Shown in pieces: positions 12,391 through 25,545 of a stretch of 64,000 nt of DNA (positions are counted from its first letter, which is position 1; each line of letters opens with the position of its first letter). This DNA is from Somniosus microcephalus. Taxonomy: Eukaryota. The notes below the pieces were generated by a model. That model was not told where the DNA came from. It made no database searches and saw only the letters and a program-made list of their open reading frames with translations. The position numbers were made by a program, and so were the translations under genes. The DNA is taken from positions 13,516,001 through 13,580,000 of the forward strand of contig CM126225.1 of assembly GCA_052327205.1 (NCBI GenBank), written 5' to 3'.

Positions 12391-13261
12391 ACAATTAGCG
12401 ACAGTTCACTTGAGGCATATTTGTGAGGCATTGCCACCTAAAGAAAAGCATGGCCAGCAATTCTTGACAATTAGGATCAATTAAAAAAAAAATTCCAAGC
12501 AAAATGCAGAAGGTCAAACAGTTTAAAAAGAAGCTACAACACCAGATGAAGATCTGTCATAATGGATCAAAACATCTTGGCAGAAGCACAAGACCTGTAC
12601 AGCACTGAAGAGAGCGTCCTGCATGTTTCAAAACAAAGGAAAAAAATAACACTCAAAAGGCACTTCCTTGACATAGTATTGAATTTCTCCATTTGAATCA
12701 GTATGACGTAAAAGAAAACCCAAATAGGTTTAACGCTGCAATAGGTTAAAAAATTCTGTGTTTTATTCCTAAAGATAGATATGCCACTCCAATTTCCTAT
12801 TTCCCTCTTGACCACAGATTCCTCAGCTAAGAAATGATAAACCCCAGAATCCCAACCGTGCAAAGTTGATGTAAAAAACTGCAGGTAGCTGCACTGGGTT
12901 GCAGGAAACTGGGACCATGGTACCTTGTAACTTTTCAGAGCAACGTTCTAGGCGGCTCCGTTGTACTGCCTTCCGCTTGGGAGTGCAAAACACTGGAACA
13001 AATACATTTTCGGCCAGCCATTTAGGAAAGCCAATGAAATAAGATCAGTGGCCAACTCAGGAACCAATGCCCGGAAAACTGCCCACCGGCCCAGTCCTTG
13101 AGAGTCTAAAATGGCATGTGGTCCAGGGATATCGAAGGGGCAGGCAAAGAAAATTTCAGTAATTTTTAAGCAACATAAATAGCTGAAACAGAGCACTCTA
13201 TCTCAAAGTAATAAAAAAACAACTTCCTTGCACCCCATAGAGATACACACATTTAATATTA

Positions 13262-13471
<210 letters not shown>

Positions 13472-14082
13472 CTACGGTAGCAAAAGTAAAAAAAAAACAC
13501 ACATAAATTTCAATTACGCCCCCCAAAAAAATGAAAAAAATAAATCTTGCTGAAAAATGTTCCGGGGAAGTTAGCTGTTTTTTTGGATGCACTTGTTTCT
13601 GTACAATGAAGAACGTTACCAGAAACTATTCAAACAAACAAAACTTCCCAATGAACCACCACTTTAGGTAGTGCATGTACTCATATGCAAGATTGTAAAT
13701 CAGTCTCTTTTTGGGGATAAAATTAGGGGTGGAGGAGTCATCTTCTACGCAAGGACAATGCTCCCCCTCAGGTTAACCACCAGAACAATTTCTCCAAGAT
13801 GGCAGATTGTGCAGCAGCATTGTACTAGTGCATTCTTATCATTGTTGCTCTATTCCGTTCTTCCAGCACAGAGATTTAAATAGCAATCTGCCCTCCTGAT
13901 TCCAACTAAGGTCCAGGCACCCTCCGCAAATTTAAAATTAGAAAACAGCCCAGCAAGGTAGATTCGGGGGAGGTTATTAAATATCAGCAGCAGGAGTCAA
14001 GGTTGAAGATGGTGGTGGTGGGGGCAGGACAGAGAGTTGCTATTTAAAAATATTACAGTGCTGGATGAACAACAGTAGATGG

Positions 14083-15073
14083 AACATAAGAAATAAGAGC
14101 AGGAGTAGGTCATACAGCCCCTCGAGCCTGCTCCGCCATTCAGTAAGATCATGGCTGATCATCAACCTCAACTCCACTTTCCCGCCCGATCTCCATATCC
14201 CTTGATTCCCCTAGAGTCCAAAATCTATCGATCTCAGCCTTGAATATACTCAAAGACTCAGCATCCACAGCCCTTTGGGGCAGAGAATTCCAAAGATTCA
14301 CAACCCTCTGAGTGAAGAAATTCCTCCTCATCTCCGTCTTAAATGGCCTACCCCTTATCCTGAGACTATGCCCCCTAGTTCTAGGCACTCCAGCCAGGGG
14401 AAACAACCTCTCAGCATCTACCCTGTCAATCACCTTCAGAATCTTTCAATGAGATCACCTCTCATTCTTCTAAACTCCAGAGAGTATAGGCCCATTCTAC
14501 ACAATCTCTCATCATGGGACAACCCTCTCATCCCAGGAATCAATCTAGTGAACCTTCATTGCACCGCCTCCAAGGCAAGTTATCCTTCCTTAGATAAGGA
14601 GACCAAAACTGTGCACGGTACTCCAGGTGTGGTCTCACCAAGGCCCTGTACAATTGTAGCAAGACTTCCCTACTCTTATACTCCAACCCTCTAGCAATAA
14701 AGGCCAACATGCCATTTGCCTTCCTTATTGCTTGTTGTACCTGCATGCTAGCTTTCTGTGTTTCTTGCACGAGGGCACCCAAATCTCTCTGAACACCAAC
14801 ATTTGGAAGTTTCTCACCATCTAAAAAATATTGTTTTTCTATTCCTCCTCCCAAAGTGAATAATCTCACATTTCCCTACATTATACTCCATCTGTCACCT
14901 TACTGCCCACTCACTTAGTCTATCTATACCCCTTTGCAGACTGTTCTCCTCGCAGCTTACTGTCCCACCTAGCTTTGTATGTCAGCAGACTTGGATACAT
15001 TACACTCGGTCCCTTCACCTAGGTCATTAATATAAATTGTAAATAGCTGAGGCCCCAACACTGATCCTTGGCT
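14083..15073 (-). mobile_element. CR1 LINE, 5'-truncated
   Basis: Minus ORFs [60 protein letters not shown] and RTRGHSLRIRGRPFKTEMRRNFFTQRVVNLWNSLP; CR1 tail cttatgttc. Confidence 0.95.
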
Positions 15074-15661
15074 GAAATAAGAAGTGTGTGAATATGCATT
15101 TGTAGACTTAACTGATATGGAAGGGAGAATACTGGTGGGTAGAAACTCTGCAATGTTGATGCAAGAATTGTGGATTTTGTGGTGGAATTTTGGAAGCATG
15201 GGAAAGTCATCTTATATGCGAGTATATACTCTAGGTTTCTTCATCTATCATTTTGATGCAAGTTAGCAAAGTAGAAATCATGGCAATATATCAACAGGGA
15301 TTTCCATTTTGTTGACCCTTTTGCATCTTGCATTATATTGAGTGATTACTAAAGACCATTTTCATTTAAACTTACCTTTTAAAAGTGGTAAACAGTAACA
15401 TGGGCTTGATTTCCTGAAATAGACAGTGGATACTTTGGGCTAGGAGAACAGACATTTTTTATATTGAAGTTTTCTTAAGCAATGACTGTCACTATAATTA
15501 CAATTTTAACAAAAGAATTCCACACACTGTAGAAGGGTAAACTAAACATGAAAGGTTGACCTAGAAAAAACAGTATGGTCTTCTAACAACATTAAACATT
15601 ACAAGGAACAAACAAAAAGCAATGTCCCAGTTAGGAGGATTTTTTCTCTGGGTTGGTTTTA

Positions 15662-15996
15662 CAGGAAACTTTCGTTTAACCGGAGGTTAAAAGTCCGGAA
15701 AGCTCTATCTATGGGCAAAATTCAGGAGCTGTTTTCTATAAGTTTTTTTTACTTCTCGTTGCTTTTTTTTCCCCCAGTCAGGCTCTGCAAGGTCTGTAGC
15801 TAAGCAACAGTTTCAGCTAGAGACGCTTGCAGCTGCAGCCGACTGTTTTGAAGCTGTTGCTAAGCAACAGGGTTTGTTGATTCACACGGAGCTGAAAAGC
15901 TCTGTATGTTTTAACATTGCCGCTGGTTTATACGGCAGTTTTGATCTAATGGCACCAGCTTGGTCCCGTCAGTGCCGGATACCAGAAAGTTTCCTG
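15662..15996. mobile_element. Tc1/mariner (Tigger/pogo-like) MITE, family A copy 1
   Basis: TA|caggaaactttcgtttaaccgg ... ccggataccagaaagtttcctg|TA. Confidence 0.85.
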
Positions 15997-16246
15997 TACC
16001 GTGTTATGCTACTTTGACCTGATATGTTCAGGCAAAATATTGAATCACAAGCAAGTTATGCAGGTCAGCCACATTTTTAAAAACCATTTCTAGCATCAGA
16101 ATGATTACATATCCCAATAACTGTTAACGATAGGTTATTTTTATATAACACTGTGAAGCTTTTTAAAAAAAATAAAAGCACCATCGACCTGCCCTATATA
16201 GTTAACAGCTGCAAATATTTATAGAATCCTAGCTGCGGTATTTACC

Positions 16247-16370
16247 ATAGAATCATAGAAATTTCTGGCACAGGAGGCCGCCATTCGGCACACTGTGTCT
16301 GTGCCGGCTGAAAAAGAGCTGTCGAGCCTAATCTCACTTTCCAGCTCTTGGTCCGTAGTCTTGTAGGTGT
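16247..16370 (-). mobile_element. CR1 3'-end fragment
   Basis: catagaatcatagaa tail repeat followed by gcacaggaggccgccattcggc, as in other CR1 3' ends. Confidence 0.65.
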
Positions 16371-17959
16371 TGAGAGGTTTGATTTTATTTAAATGTTATA
16401 ATTTGAAACTATTCAGCTCTACCATTATGGAAACCTATTCTGCAGAGTGGTAGATTTGTGCGAGGAAATTGCAATTATGTTTATATTTAATTCAGGCTTT
16501 AGCTGCTCACATCAACATGAGGAAGAGAGCTTCATGGGAACAGGAACAGCGAAGAATCCTGGAAGGAGTGAAGGAACAATGGTCCGCTACTTTGAGAGCA
16601 AGATCACAGGCAGAACAGTGATAGAGCAGTACCTTTAGGAAATACAGATGGTCAATAACAGAGCAGCACTTGGGGGTTGGGGGGAAGGAATGAAGAGGAG
16701 AAACATCACAAGAGGAAGTATGGTGGAGCAGTTGTTAAAATAGATTAGGTTTACAGGGGCAGAGGAGTTGGGTAGTCAATGGATCTTAAAATATTTTACA
16801 CATTTTGATAATGTTGCTGGCATTGCAGGCTGAAAATGTTCTATTGTAGATTAGAGATACTGGAGCCTGAAGAAAACAGACATCATGGGTAGGAACACCG
16901 GTATCCAGAAATTTACTTCAATTTGGTTTAGGATCATTGAGCCTTAAAACAAATCTGTTTATATTTTAGCCAAGTTGGTATGAAGATAAATGTATATTGA
17001 TGTGATGCTTTGTTTTTGGCTGGTTTTTAAATATTACTGGTATGTACCAAGTGTACTGGTAATTATGTCAAGGTAAGATTAGTGATGGGTTGATTGAATC
17101 TGCACTAACTGTAATTAATTTGTGCTCTAATTAATTTTGTTTTAAGACTGATTTCCTCCTGGCATTCAGCTATAGCAGCTTCCGCCCACCATTAACCTTA
17201 GCTTATGCATCTTCAGATCTCCCTACTTCCCCTGAGGAAAGCTTATAATAGAACATAACCTACACTCAAGAAGGCATCACCTGCAACCCATGTTAGAGAA
17301 GCCTTCAGAGATCAGATTGTTAGTTGGAATGGATTAGAAGAGGAGCAGAAATTAAGTGGTGGAGCACACCACCAAGAATTGTTGACAGGAGGTTGTTATA
17401 CAAAGAATCCAATAAGATCCTGTATGAAGATACCAGCAGCTACTTTTTTTTTTTTTTTTTAAAAACAGCTGCGCATCGAAAGGTGAGACATTAGGTATTA
17501 GAGTTGAACTATTTGTGACGTTCACCCAAAATGTGTTTGCTCTTGATGTGAAGTCAAAGAAAGAGTTTGGAACTCTCAGATCAGCACACAATTTAAAAAG
17601 GATTAGAAATCAGAATGGAACTTAGCTTTTATGCAGCTATTTAATATAATTTTAAAGATAATTTAAATGCTTGCAACATCTCTTTATTCACAAGCCACTA
17701 TGGTGAAAGCTATTAATCCCATACATTTTTTAAATAAAACCATCATAGTCCCTGCGTTGGAGATTCCAGCAGTTCTCACAGTAGGAAAACACAATCCCTA
17801 CCTGTTTCTTCTACAACTGACCTAGAACATCACTACATTCCACATCTATAAATGTTAATCATTTTATCTCCCATCCTATACGAGATAGAGAAAACAATGC
17901 AACAAACATGGCACAAATTAATCAAAATCTCTTAAAAATACAGTTTATAGCCAAGATGT

Positions 17960-18730
17960 TACTGGTTAGCACAGGCTAGAAACGGTGAGTTTAGATTACA
18001 CGCTACAGCTATAGACGTGAAGGCTTTAATAAAGGATGCGAATGCTGCCAACGAACTGAAGTAGTTGCGAATGTGCAGTTCCAGTGGTTTTTGGTTGTTC
18101 TCGTCGGACTTCCCACAGATTGGTGAGAAAGGAGGGGAGGGGGTGGAAATTTCAGCTATTAGGAGGTCTGTAATGTGACTTGAAGGTGATGTTAAGATGT
18201 TGTCAGCTTGTGAGTTTTATTGCACTCTCACGGAGTGTGTCTATCGCTATCAGGTCCTCTGTCTATTGTGGTTTGAACACGAGGCTGGTGAACAGAATGC
18301 AGGCGCAGGATGTTAGGATTTAACGGCTGGGAAAAGGATCATTGAGAAAGAGGGTAGAGACAGTGTGGAAAGATAGAGAGAGGCGCGCTAGACAAAGAGA
18401 CTGGGGAGGAAAACAAGAGAGAGGGCGGAGAAGGAACGCAAGAAGACAGAGTGGCAGCGGTGTGATTAATTAATTGGAATGAACTGCTAAAACTTCCAGT
18501 ACAATTTAACGAGGAAATGTGACTTGAAGGTGATATTAGGATGTTGTCAGATTGTGGGAGTTTTAGTGTACTCTTGCCGAGTGCGCTTATCGCTAACGTT
18601 ACTTTTTATTATTTGGGACATGACATTTGTGCGCAGAATGCTTCTGTGCAGCTTCCGGTACGTTGGCAGTAGTCACTGTTTAATTAAAAACAAACCAACC
18701 ATTCGGCAAGTTCTACTGCATCTTAGTAAA
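17960..18730. repeat. Unclassified element with an internal diverged duplication of about 80 bp
   Basis: 18172-18249 and 18516-18595 are diverged direct copies; the stretch is richer in CpG and purine tracts than its flanks. Boundaries are approximate. Confidence 0.45.
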
Positions 18731-20203
18731 AAATAGGAGCTTTACATTGCACATTTTTGCTAATCATTTATAGGGTTAGTTGTGTGGCACTAATGCAATC
18801 ACATTATGAATTTGGTTCAAAGAAAATTTACTGTTAACTTCTTTCCGAGGCCATCAGTCACTTTCACCAAGTTTCACTCGAATAAATAGGTAAGAACTGA
18901 TGCTGGGTTTGAAGAATCTGCCTTGTGGTATTTCAAATAGATGTAAAAATTAAGCTTTCTCATAGCAAAAATGTTAACTGTCAGGGGTAGTTGTATGAAC
19001 TACTTTAAGACCATTACAGACCCAAAATTCACCCAATATTGTCAATATTTTCAAAGAACATATTGTATGCTTTGCTGCAGATAGCTGTGCATAGATCTCC
19101 TGCAGTACTAAGAGACAGGTGCCTACAGTAAAGTGTACTAAACATTCATTAAAAGTAGCATTATTGGGTAAACCCTTCTACAACTCTAGGCCTAATATGT
19201 TTGTTTTAATGTATTACAGTGAAGATGTTAAGTTTCACACAGGACAGTGATGATTAAAGTTTAATCAGATGCTTTATCTGGGACTAGAAATACTGAACCA
19301 AAGGTTATAAATTTAAAGGTTAACAATTTTAAATGTTCAGTCCTGTATCTCAGGCTGAGTAAATAAGCCTTCCAGATGGGAGGGCAGCATAAGCAGCTCC
19401 AGACATCTTTAAAGTATCTGTGCTGATGCCTCTCCCTGTGCAGCCAGAACAGATGACCTACAGCATGATCTTTAATTTCCCTTAAAATTAAGCAGCTTAT
19501 TACATCCCACCTTGGGGCTCAAGTGAGGAATAACAAGACTTGAAAGAACGGCAACAGCTTGGAGCATCAAGTGGTGCTGGGATTCATACCCACACATCGA
19601 CGTTTAGGAGCATGTCTTAACTGTTAGATTATATAACAAGTTTTAATTGGCATTACGATCCTGGAGGACTGTCCCATGAGCAAACTGCTTCTCTCAGAGT
19701 TAAATCTGACACTCGGACATAAAAATCCCACAAAATGAACAATGCTTTTTATGACAGAAGCATTATGGGGTAAGCAGCAAATTAAGAGATTACAAAACTG
19801 CATGAAGGACCTGTGCACTAAAGGATGCAGCACAAAACAGGAGACAAACACAGAATATAACTACAGGGCACTAATATAAGGAAACTCACTCATGTAATCT
19901 GGACTCCGAAATATAGGATTTGTTTTCAATACATCAGCTGAAAATGTCACACCATGAAACGAAAAAGTAAAAATACAACAGAGTGGAGGTGGAGGCAGAA
20001 CATAAGCATCAAACAGCCAGCACTTAATTTCCCTGCAGGCAATGTGCTAGTACTGATAATTGTGTAACATCAAGGATCAGCTAGGTTTAATTTTTTTTCC
20101 AAAGGACAGTGGCAGGCTCTATCGATAAAGAAACAAAATTATTTCGACTCTTAAGGGAGATGGAACAGCATAAGCATCCATATTTAATTGCCTTTTTTGT
20201 TCC

Positions 20204-20623
20204 AAAAAAGACATGCATTTCTATAGCGCCTTTAACAACCATCGGATGTCCCAAAGCGCTTTACAGCCAATGAAGTACTTTTTGAAGTGTAGTCACTGTT
20301 GTAATGTAGGAAACATGGCAGTCAATTTGCACACAGCAAGCTCCCAGAAACAGCAATGTGATAATGACCAGGTAATCTGTTTTAGTGATGTTGATTGTGG
20401 GATAAATATTGGCCAGGACACCGGGGAGAGCTCCCCTGCTCCTCTTCGAAATAGTGCCCTGGGATCTTTTAGGTCCACCTGAGAGTGTAGGCGGGGCCTC
20501 GGTTTAACGTCTCGTTGAAAGACGGTGCAGCCCTCCCTCAGTACTGCACTGCAGCGTCAACCTAGACTTTTGTGCACAAGTCTATGGAGTGCGAGGGTGT
20601 TACCAACTGAGCCACTGGCTGAC
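20204..20623 (-). mobile_element. Deu-domain tRNA-derived SINE, copy 1 (B box deleted)
   Basis: Deu core ctcttcgaaatagtgccctgggatctttt..ggggcctcggtttaacgtctc; minus-strand A box tggctcagttgg; L2-like tail. Confidence 0.85.
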
Positions 20624-21995
20624 GGTCAATCCCTGCAGTCCAGGGATCAATTCTTAAAAATGAAATATTTCCAGAATTGAAGGTTCCCCCTTTTGAGTTC
20701 AGGTGACATCCTTTCTACTGAAGAAGTGCATTCCTGCCGATGTGAAGGGAATCCCAGTGAATTGTATCCTACCCCAGGAATATACCTTGCAGTGACAAGT
20801 TCATCTGGCCTATTTTCAGATCAATCTGGAAAGAGACCAACGGCATTCATATCCCAGTCAAATAATAGACGAGGTTCCCCCTCCCCAACACCTTTAACTA
20901 CTGATGTTGCAGCAACAAAAAATCCTCCTGGAGCATACCAAGGGGTAATTCACTTCGTTACTTTTTTCAAAAGTTATTTTAATAAAAATCCCGACTGCTA
21001 CAAAATGTTGTACTCATCCAGTGCAATTAGTCAAAACCTGTCCCCATTATCACAGAAACTCTACAGCACATATAGAGTAACCAATGTGTAGCAGTATACT
21101 ACAATTCAGTAATACAATCAAGGGATTCAGGTGACATCAGAAACCACAAGCATTGAAGCTAGACCAACTTATAATGATCATCTGATCCTCAAGATTGAAT
21201 TGCAGTTTCTACCACACTCCCAGTCATCCTTTATTTTATGCAATAAACTCAAGGCTCCTAGAACTCTGCTGCACCTTAAGGTCAATTTCTGCAGCGAATG
21301 ACTAAGTGGTCTATACATTTTTACATGTTAAGCAAAGTGTAATGGAATTTATTTTGGATTAAAATGACAACATGTTTTAGAGAGGCACTTGGAACTGTAA
21401 ACTTGTAGCTACTCGATGAGAGGAGGCAAGGAAATTGGAGCCAGAGCTGGAGCGGAGACCTGGAGCAGGATGGGACAATATAGCCAGCAGTAGATTGATG
21501 GCTTAGGTTGCCCAGGTTATGGTAGGAAAACAGTGGGATCATCAGGAATGGTAACAGAGCAGGAGAGGCAGATGTATAGCCAGCGTTTTAGTTAATATGG
21601 AAGTCTCCAGTGAGCAGAGGCACAAGCGCAGGCTATTAACTAAGATGAGTACGCCTCTGCCACCACTCCTGCTACCAATTCTGCCACTTGTGTGGCGGGG
21701 AAGAAAATCCACGGCTATTTCTGCAGTCAAGGAACTGCAGAGTGATGGGATCGCGGAATGCAGTTTAGCAATTCAATCCTCACTTCTGGTCGTCAGAATC
21801 ACCAACCTACTGGGTTCTGTAAAAGTACAGAGCACACATCTAGTGCTGTAGTCCCTGGAAGTGTGAAGAAGCGAGTAAGCAGATCTCTGGCCATAAATTT
21901 TACTACTGTGCAATTTTCAGAGTTCAAAGCTCTTTAGAGAACACCATGTTCAAGTCTTTGTTCTCATGGGCCATGTAGGGATTTACCATAGGGAC

Positions 21996-22131
21996 CAACG
22001 TTCCCTATAAGCTGCTCAGACGTCTCTAGGTTCCACACAGCCAGTGAGCCGGCTTCCCAGTGCAAAACAACGCGCATGTGCAGAAGTTTGAATGGGCTGC
22101 ACGGCCCCAAAAACAAATTAGAGGAACATTG
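21996..22131. mobile_element. hAT MITE
   Basis: TIRs caacgttccctataa / ttagaggaacattg; 8-bp duplication atagggac (21988-21995) / ctagggac (22132-22139), one mismatch. Confidence 0.75.
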
Positions 22132-22509
22132 CTAGGGACCACACACCAAGTTTAAAATCCATGTTCCCATTAATTTTCATATATCTTTAAGCCACTGATA
22201 TTAAGGGATATTGATGATCAGATTTAGGACTTATCCACCAAAGAAACAACAGCACAAATAAAAAGCCCTTTCGAAGCCTCCAGGTCCATGGAATTCAAAC
22301 AGGAAATAAGAAATATAAGCACTAATAGGGCTGGCTAGCCAGAACTGGGGAAGAAATGATATAACATTAGGGCCATGGGTTGGACACCCCTGCTCTATAA
22401 CCCAAACTGCAGGAATGGAATAATAGTGGCATCACATCACAGAATAGGAAAGAAGCCAGGACACTGCATTAACTGAAGGGAAATACTTGTACTGTATTTA
22501 TGGGGCAAC

Positions 22510-22538
22510 TACAACAACAACGTGTGTGTATTTATATA

Positions 22539-22574
<36 letters not shown>

Positions 22575-23375
22575 GCGCGCCTTTAACGTAGTAAAACATT
22601 TCAAGGTGCTTCAAGTCTAGAGGTAACATAGGCATGGATGAGGGTTTCAGCAGCAGATGAGCTGAGGCAGGGCGGAGTCGGGCGATGTTAGAGGTGGAAA
22701 TAAGCGGTCTTAGTGATGGCGCCGTTATGCGGTCAACAGATCATTTGGGGATCAAATAAACACCAAAGTTGCGAACAGTCTGGTTCAGCCTCAGACAGTA
22801 AGGATGGAATCGGTGGCTAGGGAATGGAGTTTGTGGCGGGAACGAAAGACAATGGCTGCGGTGTTCCCAATAATTAGCTGGAGGAAATTTTTGTTGGACA
22901 AGCAGTCTGACAATTTAGAGACAGTGGAGGGGTCGAGAGAGGAGGTGCTGAGGTGGGGCTTGCTGTTGTCAGCGTACATGTGGAAAATGATCTTGTGTTT
23001 TCGGATGATGTCGCCGAGAGGCAGCATGTAGAGGAGAAATAGGAGGAGGATGGCGTGGTCAACCATGTCAAAGGCTGCAGACAAGTCGAGAAGGATGAGG
23101 AGGGGCAGCTTACCTTTGTCATAGTCGCATAGGATGTCATTGGTGACTTGATGAGCACTGTACTGTGGAAGGGGCAGAAACCTGATTGGAAGGATTCAAT
23201 CATGGAGTTCTGGGAAAGATGGGCACGGACTCGGGAGGCGACAACATGTTCAAGGACTTGGGAGAGGAAAGGGAGGTTGGAGATGGGTGGTAATTTGCAA
23301 GGACGGCGGGCTGAAGAGTTGGTTTTTTTGAGGGGGTGATGATGGCAGATTTGAAGGAGAGGCGGACAGTACCCG
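22510..23375 (-). mobile_element. L2 LINE with internal deletions and an expanded (TA)n in the tail
   Basis: Minus ORFs PISNLPFLSQVLEHVVA..ESFQSGFCPFHST, SAAFDMVDHAILL, LFLLYMLPLGDIIRKH..FHMYADNS. Confidence 0.9.
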
Positions 23376-24172
23376 AGGACTACACTATACACCCCATTCG
23401 CTCCTACTTCAGCACACACCTGCGTATTAGAATCAAGTAAATTGAAATTTGCAGAACAGCCTAAACTGAATGTACTTCAATGGTGCTGCATATTTCTATT
23501 TTGCTAAAATATTCAAATAGCAAAATACAGTGTCTATAAAACCAATGTATTACTGCAGTACACAGTATGCGAGACATTAGATACAATTAAGAGGATGCAA
23601 TTTCTAGTTTTGTTAACTTTCCTTCAGCTTGTAATTCTGTGCTACTTGTTTTGAAGATGACAAGGCTGAAAAAAAATGCACTGAAATGGTCAGATTAAAG
23701 GCTGTCCTTTCTCCTCACCTCCACAAGTACTTCTAATTAGTGACTTTATGCATTATGACAATCAAAGGTATTAGGATATCAACCCCTTCCATCTTTCTCA
23801 AGTACAGTCCATGAGACATATCGTGATGTTACTGTAATAAGATTTGCTGGTGCTTTGAACTAGAAAAAGTGCCATAGTGCATCTTCATAGTTGTTGCAGG
23901 GTGAGTTACTCATCAATTGTTACGGGGGAGTCATCAGCAACAGGCTGTATTCTTCCACTTAGGATGTAATGGCACTTCCATATAACTGTACAAAGGGATG
24001 TGTAGATTTTCAAGGCTAATGCTCGTCACATCAAACATTAAGGAACAATATCTTTTTATTTAGTCTCAAATATTTTTAAGAGTATCCACATGAACGCCCA
24101 GGAATGTCACAGGGTAGAATAGACTTCAATATTGGAGCATTGTGCATCATTTGATATTCGTGTAAACACTTG

Positions 24173-24923
24173 GGGCTAGAAATTCAGTGCCTTAGCACCT
24201 CCCGTTAGCACCTCTGGGGGGAGATAATGGGGCGCTAAGGACTTACACCCCATGCGCGGCGATGTTACTACCGCCCGTGAAATTCACCTGGCAGTTTGCG
24301 GCGACAATAACCCCCACCCGCCACGATCTCCTGTGCCCAGAGTTCGTGACGTCATCCGGCTGCGCATCGGCCCAGTACCGAAATTTCATTTCCATCCCAG
24401 ACCCTAAATTCATTTCCGCCCCCTGCAGCATCGCCGGGCGATGACACAGACAGCTTGCAGGAGGCGTTGATCGGGAGCGAGACTTAAAGGCGAGGTGGCC
24501 GAGGTAGGGGGAAAAAAATCAGAAATGTGCTTTGCGGGTTTCCCCCCCCGCCCGTCGGCAGCCATCGATCAGCCCGGCACTCTGCTGCAGTGCATTGGGC
24601 TGATCGGGCCGGATCGCAGCTGCCGTCGGGGACCAGGTAAGTTTTTTCCTTGCAGAGCCTGCAGCAATGGCCTTTCCCTTTAAGGGAGGCGAGGAGCCTT
24701 TCAACGCGGCAGCGCTGCACAGCCCAGTGTGCAGCGCTACACAACTCCCACCCCGCCTGCTGCGTTCCAGGAATGAAGTGGAGTGCTTGATTTAGCGCTC
24801 CACAACCTTCACGGAGTGCAAAACCACATTTTTAAAAAGTTGAGAAACATTGGCGACTGGTGCTAATTTTCTCAACTTTTAAAGGATGGTACCCCAAACA
24901 GGGCTATAATGAATTTCTCCCCC
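24173..24923. mobile_element. Harbinger-type GC-rich MITE
   Basis: TIRs gggctagaaattc / gaatttctccccc; 3-bp duplication TTG (register ambiguous by one base with CTT); CpG-rich interior. Confidence 0.8.
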
Positions 24924-25067
24924 TTGATGTTTGGCAATGTCATACATACGGAAATAATCCCATTGTGATACAGCTGCAACAGCGCGATTCGTTCCAAAGA
25001 TACAAGTTTGGGCTGATAATGTCTGAATTTACTGCATGGAAATTGCAGTATTTTAAATAAAAAGGTA

Positions 25068-25545
25068 CAGGTAGACTATCCTTTATCCGAAAACCTCGGG
25101 ACCAGCCGAGTTTCGGATAAAGGAGAATTTCGGATTTCGGAAGGTGGGTCGGCGGGGGTCCGCGGGGGGTCGTGCGCACGACTTACGCTGACGCTCAGCG
25201 TAAGTCAGTCGGGGTCGGCGGGGGTCGGGGCCGGCGGGGTCCGCGGGGGGGTCGGCGGTTGTCGGGGCTGGCGGGGCCGGCGGTTGTCGGGGCCGGCGGT
25301 TGTCGGAGCCGGCGGGGTCCGCGGTTGTCGGGGCCGGCGGTTGTCGGGGCTGGCGGGGTCGGCGGTTGTCGGGGCCGGCGGGGGGTCGTGCGCACGACTT
25401 ACCCTTTAACCGAACTTCCGAAACCGGAACCCTCTAAAAACCGAAGGTTTTTTCGTTCGTACGCACGACTTACGCTGAACGAAAAAACCTTCGGTTTTTA
25501 GAGGGTTTCGGTTTTCGGAAGTCCGGATAAAGGGTAGTCTACCTG
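25068..25545. mobile_element. Tigger-like MITE, family B copy 1, with G-rich minisatellite
   Basis: TA|caggtagactatcctttatccg ... cggataaagggtagtctacctg|TA; tandem ggcggttgtcggggcc-type units inside. Confidence 0.88.

Noticed and set aside
15856-15868. RFX X-box-like palindrome GTTGCTAAGCAAC
   Set aside because: Internal to a multicopy MITE and degraded in the sister copy near 52015; nothing suggests locus-specific function.
25200-25400. Short repeats with variable spacing, superficially CRISPR-like, and Pro/Gly/Arg-rich ORFs
   Set aside because: Eukaryotic intron, no unique spacers, no cas genes; it is a minisatellite within a TA-flanked MITE.
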